DNA of 64,000 bases from Octopus sinensis (lineage: Eukaryota). The stretch is taken from assembly GCF_006345805.1 (NCBI RefSeq), contig NC_043004.1, positions 18,352,001 through 18,416,000 of the forward strand, written 5' to 3'. Shown one piece after another: positions 37,255 through 50,159 of this stretch. The notes beneath the pieces were generated by a model. It was not told the DNA's origin and made no database searches. It saw nothing but the letters and a program-made list of their open reading frames with translations. Every line of letters starts with the position of its first letter. Position 1 is the stretch's first letter. The position numbers and the translations under genes were made by a program.

Positions 37255-37850
37255 ATGTAACCCCCCCCTCTCACCTTTGGTTATGAGTGCTCATGGAATT
37301 GTACTTAGAAAGTTCCTCTCCGAGGCACAAGTCTGAGTAAGGTTGTTTGTGGAAGGCCAGCACTCACCCATGTATAGCAGCCACCCCCTACCCCCACTGC
37401 CTCTCTATACCACTGATGTTATTTATCCAAGGGAAAGGCAAAGGCCAATACAGTTTGGCACCAGTGACATCACAACTCATTTCTACAGCTGAGTGTGTAT
37501 ATATCTACACAAAGGGTAAAGAACCCCTTTGGCCATGAATGACCATGGGATTGCACCTAAAAAGTTCCCCTCTGAGACACAAGTCCAGGCAAGATTGTTT
37601 ATGGAAGACCAGCAGCCGCCCATGCATACCAGCCTCCCCTCCCTGAACCACCGATGTTATCAAAGAGAAAACCAAAGGACGATACAGCTTGGCACCAGTG
37701 ATGTTGCAACTCATTTCTGCAGCTGAGTGGACTGGAGCACTGTGAAATAAAGCGTCTTGCTCAAGACCACAACACATATTCCGGTCCGGGAATTGAACTC
37801 ACTACGTTATGATTGAGAGCCCAACACAAATCACTGAGCCATACACCTTC
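37255..37850 (-). mobile_element. SINE family D with internal duplication of the body
   Basis: Body block (GAGGCACAAGTC.G...CAACTCATTTCT.CAGCTGAGTG) occurs twice (~37300-37500 and ~37570-37735); head at ~37790-37845. Confidence 0.85.
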
Positions 37851-38599
37851 ATGACATGCTAACAATTCTACCATATTAATACGCAGGATATCCCTACAGA
37901 TTCTGCATTCAGTCACAGACTACTACACCAGATGCACTCATTTCTGGTTATGTCCATCCTAGTAGTGTATGGAGCCAATGAAATTGTTGACGCTGCAACT
38001 ATTTTTGTGCTGTTTGTTTGAACTTAGAGGAGTCGGTGCTGGTTAATTTCAGATCCTATCAACAAGCACTAATTTGAAATAAATAAAGAGCAAGAAGCCA
38101 GCTGATGACTTGAGTCATGTACCTGAGACCACCTTACAGAGTGGGCTGGATGCCCTCCCTGTCACCAACCCTCACCTGTTTCCAAGCGAAGTTACGTTTC
38201 CCCATGACCAAACATGTTTTTATGGCAAACTGGAAATGAAAGACGCCACTGGCGTAGCAATGACACTCGTTTATAACAATCATGTAATGTCAAAGAAAGT
38301 GTAACACACACACACACACGACAGGCTTCTTTCAGTTTCCATCAACAAACGCCATTTACAAACCTTTGGTCAGCCTTGTAAATAGAAACCACTTGCCTAA
38401 GATGGCACACAGTGGGACTGAACCTGGAACCATGTTGAGAGCCAAACTTCTTAACACACAGCTATATCTCCATCTATGTAATTTTATTAAGCCCAAGGAT
38501 TTTGAGTTTAGGGTTCTCCCTTTTCAAGTAACTAACTGGAAAAAAGGGGTCAAGATGCATATTGCATGTTTCTGATCATTTGAAGTTCTTTGGTAGTTG

Positions 38600-38935
38600 T
38601 GACACCACGTAAAAAGCACCCGTGCCGGCGCCAAATAAAAAGCTCCCGTGCTGGTGCCACATAAAAAGCACCCGTGCTGGTGCCACATAAGAAAGCACCT
38701 GTACTGGTGCCACATAAGAAAGCACCTGTACTGGTTCCACGTAAAAAAAGTCCCATGCTGTTCCATGTAAAAAGCACCCAATACACTTTGTAAAGTAGTT
38801 GGCATTAGGAAGGACATACTGCTATAGAAACCAAGCTAAAACAGATAATTGGAGCCTGGTGCAGCTCTCCAGCTCCTTGTCAAATCGTTCAACCCATGAC
38901 AGCATGGAAAAACGAGCATCAAATGATGATGATGA
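38600..38935 (+). mobile_element. RTE LINE 3' UTR with ~24-bp tandem repeats
   Basis: Repeats of CCACATAAAAAGCACCCGTGCTGGTG-type units, then the conserved block and (GAT)n tail. Confidence 0.82.
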
Positions 38936-38953
38936 CGATTCAGTTAGAGGCTT

Positions 38954-39399
38954 GAATCTTTTCGGTTTGAAAGGCAGTTTTTTCTAGTGGTGTCATATGA
39001 AATTGTCACCCATAATTATGACCCTAGTATCGATCTATTGCATTTCAATCTGTTTTAGGGTTAGGGTTAGTTAAGATTAAGGTTCGGGTTAGGGTTAGGG
39101 GTTGGGGGAAGGGTATCTTTTTTTCTTCACAAATGTAAATAAACCCAACCTGTTTCTTAAACGAGGTTAATATTCATACGGCACAGAATGTTTTCACCTC
39201 AATAGACGTCATTGATTGGTTGAAATTGCAGAAATTGAAGAAAAAAAGACAACAAATATCTTACAAACCATAGAATTTTCTCAATAAAGCCAAGAGAAAA
39301 AGATGTTTTATAAACACATTCTACCAGTATACGAAGTTTACAAGTGTTTAGTTACGTGGAAATTATTTTAAAAAACTGCCGTTCAAACCGAAAAGATCC
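38954..39399. mobile_element. MITE with 30-bp TIRs and 8-bp TSD (Merlin- or hAT-like), carrying TTAGGG repeats
   Basis: TIR G(A/G)ATCTTTTCGGTTTGAA(A/C)GGCAGTTTTTT with 2 mismatches; TSD AGAGGCTT at 38946-38953 and 39400-39407; degenerate (TTAGGG)n at ~39055-39100. Confidence 0.88.
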
Positions 39400-41566
39400 A
39401 GAGGCTTTGCTCAGTATTGGAGTGTGGGTATATTATATGGAGTGCAGCTCATTAGATCCACTGATGCTGCTCATTACATTCTAAAGTGCTTTATTGCTTA
39501 TTTTGTGATTTGTACTTGGTACAAATGTTCACCAGGGTTCTGCGTTGATTTGATTTATTTTCTCTGTTATTTCTTTGTTCAGTTTGATAGTTTTATTGCT
39601 CTTGCATATAAAGGAATGGTGTGTTGTATTCACGGTTGGCCTTAGTTTCCTCAAGTTGGTCATTTCAGTTGTGTAATTAATAGTGTTGTATTTTTCATGC
39701 TACTTTGTGATTTACCCCCTTCTTTTTTACTTTCTATATTGCAATATTTGGTGAGTCTGATAAGCGTTTCATTTATTTTGTAACCTCTTAGTTTTGCCTA
39801 AATGTTTAGCTTGGCTTATTGAAGTGCGAATATGTGATAATGATGATGATGATGATGATAATGGGGGGGGGGTTGTCAAAAGAGAGAAAGGAATCGTTTG
39901 GCATATGGTTACGGAAGCTAGAAGTGCGAAGTACAGAGCATGACACTCGAGATGTTTCAGTGTCGTTGGTGCGGGTGTTTTGAGGACGGAGAAGGTACCA
40001 TACCTTAGTTAAGAGGTACCGTCCCTTGTGTCGTTTTAGGATATTGCATGTGCTGAAGGATAGTATTTGGAAGTGTGTCAATATGTTGTAGGCCAAAATA
40101 TGTAGCCTGGTGGGACACAGGGCGAGAGATTGGTTGGTTGGTAGTGCTGTTGATACGCTTATTATGTTAATGTTTCACTTCACTAGTTCTTAATTTAATT
40201 TTTTGCTTTTATCTGTAAAAGGTAAAAATGTTTTCAAGTGTAGTAAATTCACATTTTGGTGACCAAATTTCAACCAATGTGTAAAATAACCACGAGCAAA
40301 ATGACTAGAAAGAAAAATTAATAACATTTAATGAATGGGAAAGCTTGCACGCTTTGCCAACTTAAGACCGAACGGTTGCGCGACTGACAAACCTTACGTA
40401 AAAACTGACTTATTGAATAATTTCTTATCGCCAGTAATGACAAGGAAACGATAAGGTACGGTTTTATTCGTTCTAAACACATCTAAATAACAGATAAACA
40501 CAAAGTTACATCTGTGAAAATATTCAGCTCATTAATAATGCCTAAGTACTTTGGGGAATAGACTGTTCTTGTATGCATCCAACGACAGAACGAAAATAGC
40601 CAAGTGCTTTAAACTAATTAAATTACCACGTAAAAATATACACAATTAAATCTTAAAATCCGGGTTTAAGGAGACGAGTGAGAGTGATGAGAGAGGTGTG
40701 AGTATGTAAAGAGGAGAGACGATAAAATTACAACAGCAAAGAATACCTTAAATTCGATAAATTAAACTATTTTTATGATCAAGGGGACGCCAAATAGCTA
40801 AAATTCTAATTAATCTTCAACGGGTAAAAATTAAAGAGATTTGGGCGTAACGAAAGGGAAATGATAAGGCTTCTTGAAAGTCGCTTAACCCTCAGTGTTA
40901 TTAAATCAATGATTTAGTCAACACGATGACATTAGAGAGAAAACAATAACAATGACTGTTTATAACAATGAGCAACAGAGTGAAACATGTCGACAGAGAA
41001 GGAAGGTTTAAAATGTATATAATAGACCCGCTCTACATGGAGAATCATTTGTGATTGTTTGTAGTCGGGTAATTACAGCTATATCACACAGGTGATATAT
41101 CAAACACGATAGACCACCAAAATAACGAACCCCCCAGTATTATGACGGGGATAAGACATTTAAGTGCGAGAATACAGCAACAGTTAAAAGGCGCAGTTAT
41201 TAGCAACAATGCATGAGAAACGGAGTCTTCTATAGTTATCAAATAGATATTTGGCTTGTTATTTGTCAAATCAGAGAATCAGTTAAATAAATCCGTCACC
41301 ACACAAGTGACTGGATCCCCCAACAATGAAATAAACTAAATTTTTTGTGATACGAAATCCCGTAACACATTAAGAAAAAACAGAAAAGTTCCACGTTTTG
41401 ATTTTCACTAAGAAACATGTACCTGGCTGTCAGACAGACAGGTGAGTTGAGAAAACGAATTCTAGGCATGAAGTATATTTGATTTACACGTGCCACGAAA
41501 GTCGGTGCGTATAAAGCAAGTAACAGGCGCATACACGCGCGCACATAGAGGTGTGTGTGTGTGTAT

Positions 41567-41621
<55 letters not shown>

Positions 41622-42737
41622 AAAGAAAATGGGTGGGATGGGGGAGAAAAGATTGAGTAATAAGTAGAGAATAGGTACACGCAGAGAGAAAGGTAGATAT
41701 GACTACGGGAAGTATTTTTATTCCTATGGCTGTCATAAAAATACAATGGTTACACACCCTCTTAAGAGCAAAGAAGGTATGGGAACTTTACTAAGTGATT
41801 GTTACACGTGCAAATTTCTCTCTAGTAAAAGGTGTAACTTACTATCCTTCATATATTAAATATTTTTCTTTCAATCTGTGTGTGTGTGTGTGAATAGAAA
41901 AGAAAACTGAATGTTTTTTTTTTCACCTCACGAAAAAAAAAATGACAGAATTATATTGGTGTGGGTGTGTGTACGATCGCCCACCCGGATACACAACAAC
42001 TATCGGTCTACAAAATTAATTATATTATTGAACAAGAGTTGTGAACATAAATAAGTAGCAGCAACAGTGAATAGCAAAGTCGATAGAACTGAAGGAAAAA
42101 AAATATAGCGAAAGCAAAAATGTGTGTCCGTCGATAAGGCGCGAGAAGTTAGCCCAAGAAGTTTGCTAGCTAATTAGTTTATTCATAATAATAATAAAAA
42201 TAATCATAGTAGAAATAATGACAGCTGGTTTTATGTTCAGTATTAATAAGAAAAAATAATAGCAACTGCATCTGTACCGCGTGTGCGTGTTTATATGACA
42301 GTTGTCTTGTGATGGTTTAAGAGGAAAAAGTTGTTATTCAACTCCAATCAAGTAAACCTTTAGTGAAAGGTGTTTAAAAAAAATCTGATCATCTCGTTCC
42401 TCTCCCTAATATTCAATGTGTCCTTCCTTTTTTTTTAAAAAAAAAAAAACTGTGATTTGAGGGAGAGATGGTCGCTATTTCTAGAAAGTCGAGTAACCAC
42501 GTAGAGGTTCCCTCATAATAGCGGAGTCCTTCAAAGAAAGGGTGTTTCTGTGTTTATGGACCATTAAATCCAAGTTAATGCTGAACGATGGCTAAAAGCT
42601 GAAGGACATTAACGATAAATACCACCCCCAGACATGTGTTGCAAACGCGATAAACACAAAGAACAATCCATCAGCCAAATAACGAAACAATTTATATGGG
42701 ATAACTAATATATAAACATAATTGTAATCGTACTCAC

Positions 42738-42800
42738 CTTGGCCGTGTATAGCATCCAGATTTGGGAGAGAGTATCTTGAGGACTCGGTGAGTCCTCCAT
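42738..42800 (-). CDS. NBEAL1: First coding exon of a neurobeachin-like (NBEAL1/2-type BEACH domain) gene
   Basis: ATG in good context (ACATAAAATGG), MEDSPSPQDTLSQIWMLYTAK, strong phase-0 donor AAG|GTGAGTA. WMLYxxK followed by a phase-0 intron matches my recollection of vertebrate NBEAL1 (MASRERLFELWMLYCTK|) and NBEAL2. The symbol rests on this one short exon. Confidence 0.65.
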
Positions 42801-43100
42801 TTTATGTATTGATAGCCAGACTACACGACTATGTGTATTAAGCTTAAACGCCCGCTTGTTCTCTAATTACGGCTAACAGCGAATAAACATTTACAAGTGC
42901 AGGCCTGTATACAAAAAAAAAACAATAATGTGTCCGTATGAGAACAGCGAAAGCCGCTGTTACAGGCAGCCGCTGATGCCTGCACCGTTTGACATCACCG
43001 ACTTTTTTATCGGTTCTTCCCCTTTGATGGAAGTTAAATCCGCCGTTGCTTAATTAGTGGCAGCACCGGTAGCCAATCATAACTTTTCACCGTGCTCAGA
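42801..43100 (-). promoter_or_regulatory. Probable 5' UTR/promoter of the NBEAL-like gene
   Basis: Repeat-free segment with more CpG than the surroundings, immediately upstream of the ATG; NF-Y-type CCAAT motif AGCCAATCA at 43071-43079. Confidence 0.45.
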
Positions 43101-43815
43101 ACACAAATACATTATGTGCTCAATGTTTACTTATTTATTGTAATTTTTTCAAAATTTTTAATGCGGTTAGAGAACAATTGCGCTATTAATTACAGTTTTC
43201 AAACGTACCAGCTACTGATCTACTGTATTTCCCACGGCAAAAGTGACATGGGAGTGTGTTTACTTTAGGGCAGAACAAATATTACAAGAGACCTTATTCC
43301 AAAGCCTTCCGATTTCGATTTTCTCGCAGCTGTTAACATCCTTCATCCATAAGTCTCCATATTAGTAACAATAAGACCTTCTCCCATTTCGCATAGCATT
43401 ACTTTTAATTAATTAAAACTTTAGAATTATCTCCCTGTGTTTCTGACCACAGTTAATTATTTAGATTACAATTTGCTCTCATCAATAAAGATGAAATCAT
43501 AATTAAAATTTCCTTGTTTAAATATATCTATCTTTTATCATTATTTGTCATGGACTGCAGCTATTCAGGGCCACCCCATGACGAACTTTAGTCAAACGAA
43601 TCAACTCCCGTACTTCTTACTCTTTTTATTTATCTATTGTTTTTTTTTTATTGAAGCATGATACTTATTCTATTAGTCATTTTGCTGAACAGCTAAGTTA
43701 CAGGGAAATAACTGCGTTAACACATGTTGTCAAGTGGTGGTGTGAGGGAGACAAAGGAAGACATGCACACACATACACACACAAACACACACACATACAT
43801 ACATACATACATACA

Positions 43816-43846
<31 letters not shown>

Positions 43847-43862
43847 GTACATATAAATGTAC

Positions 43863-43899
<37 letters not shown>

Positions 43900-44121
43900 G
43901 ATGGGGAGGTCACACTGAGGAACTTTTACTGCATTTCTGACTTAAGGAAAATGTATTTTTTACAAATACAGGTGCAGACGTGGTTGTGTGGTAAGAAGCT
44001 TACTTCCCAACCACATGGTTCCAGGTTCAGTCCCGCTGCATGTCACCTTGAGCAAGTCTCTTCTACTATAGGCTCAGTAGATTTGGATTTGGTAGACAGA
44101 AACTGAAAGAAGCCCATCGTA

Positions 44122-44525
44122 TATCATCATCATCATTGTCGTTTAACATCCACTTTCCATGCTAGCATGGGTTGGACGGTTTAGCTGAGGACTGGTGAGC
44201 CACAAGGCTGCACCAAGCTCAATCTGATCTGGCAAAGTTTCTAAAGCTGGATGCCCTTCCTAACGCCAACCACTCTGAGTGTAATGGGTGCTTTTACGTG
44301 CCACCGGCACGAGGGCCAGTCAGGCGGTTCTGGCAACGATCATGATCAAAAGGTGTTTTATACATGCTACCTGCACAGGAGCTAGTCCTGTGGCATTGGC
44401 AACGACCATGCTCAAATGTTGTTTTTCATGTGCCGGTAAGGCGGTACTGTCATCAGCCACATCAGTGATTTTGATTTGATTTCACCTGCCTCAGTAGGTC
44501 TTCGCAAGCAAAGTTTATTGTCCAA
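44122..44525 (-). mobile_element. RTE LINE 3' end, preceded by a family A SINE head (43970-44120, +)
   Basis: (CAT)n-GTTTAACATCCACTTTCCATGCTAGCATGGG...GGATGCCCTTCCTAACGCCAACCAC plus repeat units. Confidence 0.85.
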
Positions 44526-44629
44526 TGAATGAGGGGTACTCATATGTATATGTATGTAAGCATATATATATATATACACACATACATATACACACTCATA
44601 TACATATATATATATCCATATATATAGGG

Positions 44630-44755
44630 AGAGTTTACGAAAAAACAAAAGACGAAGACAGGTGGTGTACAAAACAAACAGATGTATTAGTATAACGCTC
44701 AGGAATAGAAAAAGTCTTTTACGTTTCGAGCTTACACTCTTCTACAGAAAGGGAC
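44630..44755 (-). mobile_element. Short Penelope-terminus-like repeat between (TA)n tracts, with a variant hammerhead-like motif (44716-44751)
   Basis: Minus strand CTTT-CTGTAGA-A-GAG[TGTAAG]CTC-GAA-ACGT-A-AAAG. Confidence 0.45.
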
Positions 44756-45518
44756 ATATATATATATTATATATATATATATATGCACATACACACACAC
44801 ACTCTCTCACAAGACAATGATAAAAAGGAAATCCAGGCAATTTTTTGAAAAGTGACATTTTGCCCCCCTTGGAGTGACCAGCTGGGTTTGCCACTGCTAA
44901 AAGCCAAAAATACTTACTCTTGAAAGACTGACCAGCTGCAAAGATATCAACAATTTTTTTTCTTTCTCTCCTTCCTTTCCTTCTCTTTTTCTTTAACATC
45001 CCTTTCAGATAGAGAAACACACACACACACGCTCTCTCTCACTTTCTCCCCATTCCTCACCCTCTTGTACTATCTTATATCTCTCCCCACCCCAACACAC
45101 TCAGTAATACTATGAAATGAGTCAAAATTCCTGCAAAAGATCAATTTGAAAACTCCACTAGAGTGGACGAAAACGCTAATATATGATATATGATTTGTAA
45201 AAACATGTAACATACTAATAAATATCTGTAAATATAAAACCATACAGATTTCTGAGTACCTCATTTCTTCTAAGACATACATATATATATACATATACAT
45301 ATATATGTATATGTTTGTGTGTCTGTGTTTGTCCCTCCACCATCGCTTGGCAACCAATGTTTGTGTGTTTATGTCTCCATAACTTAGTGGTTCAGCAAAA
45401 GACACTGATAGAATAAGTACTAGGTTTACAAAGAATAAGTCCTGGAATCAATTAGTTTGACTAAAGGTAATGCTCCAGCATGGCTACAATCAAATGACTG
45501 AAACAAATAAAAGATAAT

Positions 45519-46425
45519 ACAGTTCTATATTTAAGAGATGAGGGATTATGTACATTATTTACAATATTTATATTATTTACATTTGACGGATATTTGTCCT
45601 CATTCTTTGTTGTTAACACGTTTCCGCTGATATACCCTCCAGCCTTCATCAGGTGTCTGGGGAAAATTTCGAACCTGGGTTCTTATTCCTAAGGTATTTT
45701 TTGATGTTGTTGTTGTTGTTGTTAATATTATTATTATTATTATTATTATTTATTATTATTATTATTATTATTATCATTATTATTATTATTATTATTGAGT
45801 GAGAGAGCAGTACATGCCATCAAAGTAACACTAGAGTAAAATATATGGAACCCAGTATACCCATCTGATAAGGGTACACTAGACACATGCGTCACAACCA
45901 TATGTGCTCGACATGGTGATCTCATATCAAGATTAACAGCACATGACCTTGCAGGTGGGGCCCAGTTAGAATTTTCTTCTGGTCAAGTAACCCATCCTGC
46001 TCAAAAGGTCCCTGAATAAGGGTTGTTTAAGGATGTTGAATGAACATGGCTATGATGCTCCCACACTACTTCTGTTTGTGATCAGAGATGCACATATCAT
46101 CAGCCACTAAGGGACATGGTCAACTGGTTATGGTCAAACAACCAGCAAGCAAATCTGTGGCATTGAGCAGAATATTTGCTGTAGCCCATCTTTTATACCA
46201 ACAAAACAATGTACATAACATTTCCAATCAGTTAAGATCAAAAGCCATGAGAGCCACTGTCTGGTACTGCATCAGGGCATTATTATTATTATCATCATTA
46301 TTATTATTATTTAGGTCACTGCCTGGAATCTAACTCGGAATCTTGTGGTTAGTAGCCCACGCTCTTAATGCCATATGCCACAAGCATATGAGGACAAATA
46401 TCTGTCAAGTGTAAATAATGTACAA
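45519..46425. mobile_element. Family H1 palindromic element, copy 3 (disrupted)
   Basis: Minus-strand hammerhead tail 45519-45710, expanded (ATT)n holding an insertion, minus-strand head 46310-46378, centre GCC-AC-AAGC, then a short remnant of the plus-arm tail (GAGGACAAATATCTGTCAAGTGTAAATAATGTAC). Confidence 0.8.
45797..46278. mobile_element. Insertion within an (ATT)n tract, possibly a Dong/R4-like microsatellite-targeting retroelement end
   Basis: 482 bp of non-H1 sequence bounded precisely by (ATT)n on both sides; family assignment is inference. Confidence 0.5.
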
Positions 46426-47079
46426 ATAAAAGAATAAATGTTTACTACCTTACAGAAACTATATCAGTGAAGCAAATGACCTCTAAATGCATTAAAAATA
46501 CTGTAACATATTCAGAACACTATTTCAAGAAATTATCTCCATTCTTTTTGAGTGTACAACACACAAATTTAGCTGGGCAAAATGAGTAAGCCAAAGTAAA
46601 GTAAATTTACTTCCTCAGTTCTTCAGAATCACATTTGAAAACAGACTCAAACACATCCGTATCCATCCTTAGACATCAGAAAAATTAGAAATGCAACCAA
46701 AATTCTAAATGTCTTGGGCAAATGAAAGAGGATCATGGAAAAATGGCACATGATATGAAATTTAGGATTCTCTACATAAATGCCCTCTAAGACATCTTCA
46801 TGATCTGCTGGAGTAGCTCTCTTCCTGAGATTTTTACACGGCATTTAGTTAAATAGAAGAAATTACTGGAATTAGTCATTATTCATTTTACCCCATTTTA
46901 GACATCATTTTTTTTGAAAATTGGAAATTATCGAATTAGATTTGAGAGTGGGAAAGAATTAACAAAGGAAAGAATATTGAATGTGAAACACCAAAAATTA
47001 TACAAATCTTTTATTAGCAACCTCAATGGAAGGCAGACGTTAAATGATAATGATGATGATGATGAATTACAATCGGGTA

Positions 47080-47500
47080 ACGTTACTCTTTTACTTGTTT
47101 CAGTCATTTGACTGCGGCCATGCTGGAGCACCGCCTTCAGTCGAGCAAATCGACCCCAGGACTTATTCTTTGTAAAACTAGTATTTATTCTATCAGACTC
47201 TTTTGCTGAACTGCTTAGTTACGGGGACATAAACACACCAGCATCAGTTGTCAAGTGATGTTGGGGGGGACAAACACAGACACACAAACATATATGTACA
47301 CACATACATATATATATATATTATATACATATATACAACAGGCTTCTTTCAGTTTCCGTCTACCAAATCCAATCACAAAGCTTTGGTCGATCCATGGCTG
47401 TAGTAGAAGACACTTGCCCAAAGTGCCACGCAGTGGGACTGAACTCGGAACCATCTGGTTCGTAAGCAAGCTACTTACCACACAGCCACTCCTACACCTA
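47080..47500 (-). mobile_element. tRNA-derived SINE, family A (full length, young)
   Basis: Complete reverse complement, tail to head. Confidence 0.93.
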
Positions 47501-47736
47501 TAGTTGGAAAATTTCTTGAAAAAAGAAAGTACCTGCCACATGACCATATTCCAAACTCTCAACAACAATTATGCTGCAGGGCACCTTGGGCACTTCCACC
47601 ATAACCTTGGGCTGACTGACCAATGCCTTGTGAATGGATTTGTGTAGACGAGACAGTGAAGCCTGGTGCAGTCTTCTGCCTGGCCAGCTCCTTTGACACA
47701 GTTCAACCCATGCTAGAATGGAAAACGGGTGTTAAA

Positions 47737-47833
47737 TGATGATGATGACGATCATGATGATAACGACGATGACAATGATGATGACAATGATGACGATGAT
47801 GATGACAATGATGATGATGATAATGATGATGAA
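47737..47833. repeat. (GAT/GAC/AAT)n trinucleotide tract (expanded RTE tail)
   Basis: Follows CCCATGCTAGAATGGAAAACGGGTGTTAAA. Confidence 0.9.
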
Positions 47834-47959
47834 GAGTGTGTGAGTGTGTGTGTCTTTTTGTCTATGTTTGCCTCACACAACCACTTGACAACTGGTGTTC
47901 AAGTATTTACATCCCCATAACTTAGCAGCTTGGTTTAAAGAGACTGATATATATATATA

Positions 47960-48320
47960 TATCATCATCATCATCGTTTAACGTCCGCTTTCCAAGCTGG
48001 CATGGGTTAGATGGTTTGACTGAGGACTGGTGAGCTAGATGACTGCACCAGGCTCCAGTCTGATCTGGCAGAGTTTCTACAGTTGGATGCCCTTCCTAAC
48101 GCCAACCATTCCAAGAGTGTAGATGATGCTTCTATGTGCCATCAGCACAAGGGCCAGTCAGGTGGTACTGGTGATGGCCACACTCAAATTGTTTTTTTAT
48201 GTGCCACAGGTATGAGAGCCAGTCAGCGGCCCTGGCAACAATCACGCTTAGATGGTGCTTTTAACATTCCACTGGCACAGGTGCCAGTCAGGCAGTACTG
48301 TCATCAGTCACGTCAGCGAA
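47960..48320 (-). mobile_element. RTE LINE 3' end
   Basis: Conserved tail and GGATGCCCTTCCTAACGCCAACC block. Confidence 0.85.
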
Positions 48321-48324
48321 TTTG

Positions 48325-48356
<32 letters not shown>

Positions 48357-48361
48357 ACATA

Positions 48362-48419
<58 letters not shown>

Positions 48420-48800
48420 AAATACAAAATGGGACAAGAACGCAAAACATCCAGACAGGTGATACAAAAAAGGGACAACAAAACATCCAGATAGATGATA
48501 CAAAGAAAACAAGGACGGGCCATTCAGAGTTTTCTTTCCTCAGTCGAGTTGCAGATTATCTTTGCAATTTTGGCTGGTTATTCTCGAGATTGCTCCAATC
48601 TGGCCAGCCCCAAGGAAAAACTAAGGTAAGAGTATTAGATACCTTGGAAAAAAGCAGTGAATGTATATGAAAACAAAGATGGGAAAAAACGGAGAATGTT
48701 ACACAAATACAAATAACAGGACATAACAACAGGTGTCTTTCGATTAAGGATAAATTGAATTAAGCTGGCATGTATGGAAGTAATGCTTTACAGTAGGGTC
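48420..48800. repeat. Unclassified interspersed repeat next to (TA)n; second copy at 53055-53325
   Basis: AATACAAAATGGG.CAAGAACGCAAAA...CAAAACATCCAGATAGA.GATACAAAGAAAACAAGGAC...CTGGCCAG.CCCAAGGAAAAACTAAG shared by both copies. Confidence 0.8.
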
Positions 48801-49194
48801 ATACGATTTAATAGGTACAGGGAGGAATATAGATGTTGCATGGATGGTAGTCAAACCAAGAAAGGAAGGTTAGGCTTGGCCAAACACCGGTCACATGGAG
48901 AGAGAAGACAGAGAGGTAGAGGCAGAGGGACATAAGAAATAAGGAGGTGGCGAGACAAAAATGACAGGGACACAGTGAAGTGAAAAGAGGAGGGAAAGTG
49001 AGCAAGAAGAGAAGGCAAAGAAATGCGAGAGAGGGGGAACGAAAGAATGAAGTGTAGAATGAAGGAAGCAAGCATGAAAGGGCAGATTGAAAGAAGGAAA
49101 GAATAAAAGAAAGGAAGACTAGAGTCGTACAAGATTTAGATAAATATATACTTACATATAAGAGACCAAAGTGTATGTATGCTGCTATATATAT

Positions 49195-50012
49195 ATCATC
49201 ATCATCGTTTAACATCCGTTTTCCATGGTAGCATGGGTTGGACAGTTCGACCAGGTTCTGGGAAGCCAGGAGGCTGCACCAGGCTCCAGTCTGATCTTGC
49301 AGTGTTTCTACAGCTGGATGCCCTTCCTAACGCCAACCACTTGGTGAGTGTAGTGGGTGCTTGTTACGTGCCAGGGGAGGCTGGCAATGGCCACGATCGG
49401 TTGGTGCTTTTTATGTGCCACCAGCATGGAAGCCAGTCATGGTGGCGCTGGTATCGGCCACATATGTATGGTGCTTTTTACGTGCCACTGTCACATGTGC
49501 CAGGGTAGGCTGGCAATGGCCACAAACGGTTGGTGCTTATTAAGTGCCACCGACATGGAAGCCAGTCAAGGCGGCGCTGGTATCTGTCACGTACGGATGG
49601 TGCTTTTTAGGTGCCACTAACACAGGTGCCAGGGTAGGCTGGCAACAGCCACGAATGGTTGGTGCTTTTTACATGTTACTGGCACGGAAACCAGTCATGG
49701 CGGCGCTGGCATTGGCCATGTATGGATGGTGCATTTTACATGCTACCAGCACAAGTATCGCAACCACAATTTCCATTTGATTTTTGATGCTGACGTACTT
49801 GACTCAATAGGTCTCCTCAAGCACAGCAGGTCGCCCTACGATCCAAGGCACTTTGGAAGGGCTGGGGTTTCTATGTGAAGCTGGTGCAGGAAACAGCTTT
49901 GAACTCACATTATTTGTCGGGTTTTCGCAGTCACAACATATCTCCAGACGTCTCGGTCTTCCGTCATTGCCTCTGTGAGACCCAACGTTCAAAGGTCATG
50001 CTCGACCAAAAC
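49195..50012 (-). mobile_element. RTE LINE 3' end with ~60-bp tandem repeats and ORF stop region
   Basis: (CAT)n tail, conserved block, about six GGTGCTTTT..GTGCCAC units, then TCTCCTCAAGCACAGC. Confidence 0.85.
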
Positions 50013-50159
50013 CACCTTTCATCAATTCAAAATGAAAAATTAAATTACACCATCTAGAAAATTACACATAATAGAAATATTGAATATAAGATAAAAATAC
50101 TAAACCGATTATTAAGTAATGTGGAAAAAAAATAAATAAAACGTATATATTTGGTAGAA

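Noticed and set aside
39400-40140. Possible LINE/Penelope ORF remnants on the minus strand
   Set aside because: Composition is suggestive but no diagnostic motif could be read with confidence.
48515-48555. CTGAGGA-AA-GAAAC on the minus strand as a possible hammerhead
   Set aside because: No stem II and no stem I pairing; the second family copy (~53170) has TTGAGGA.
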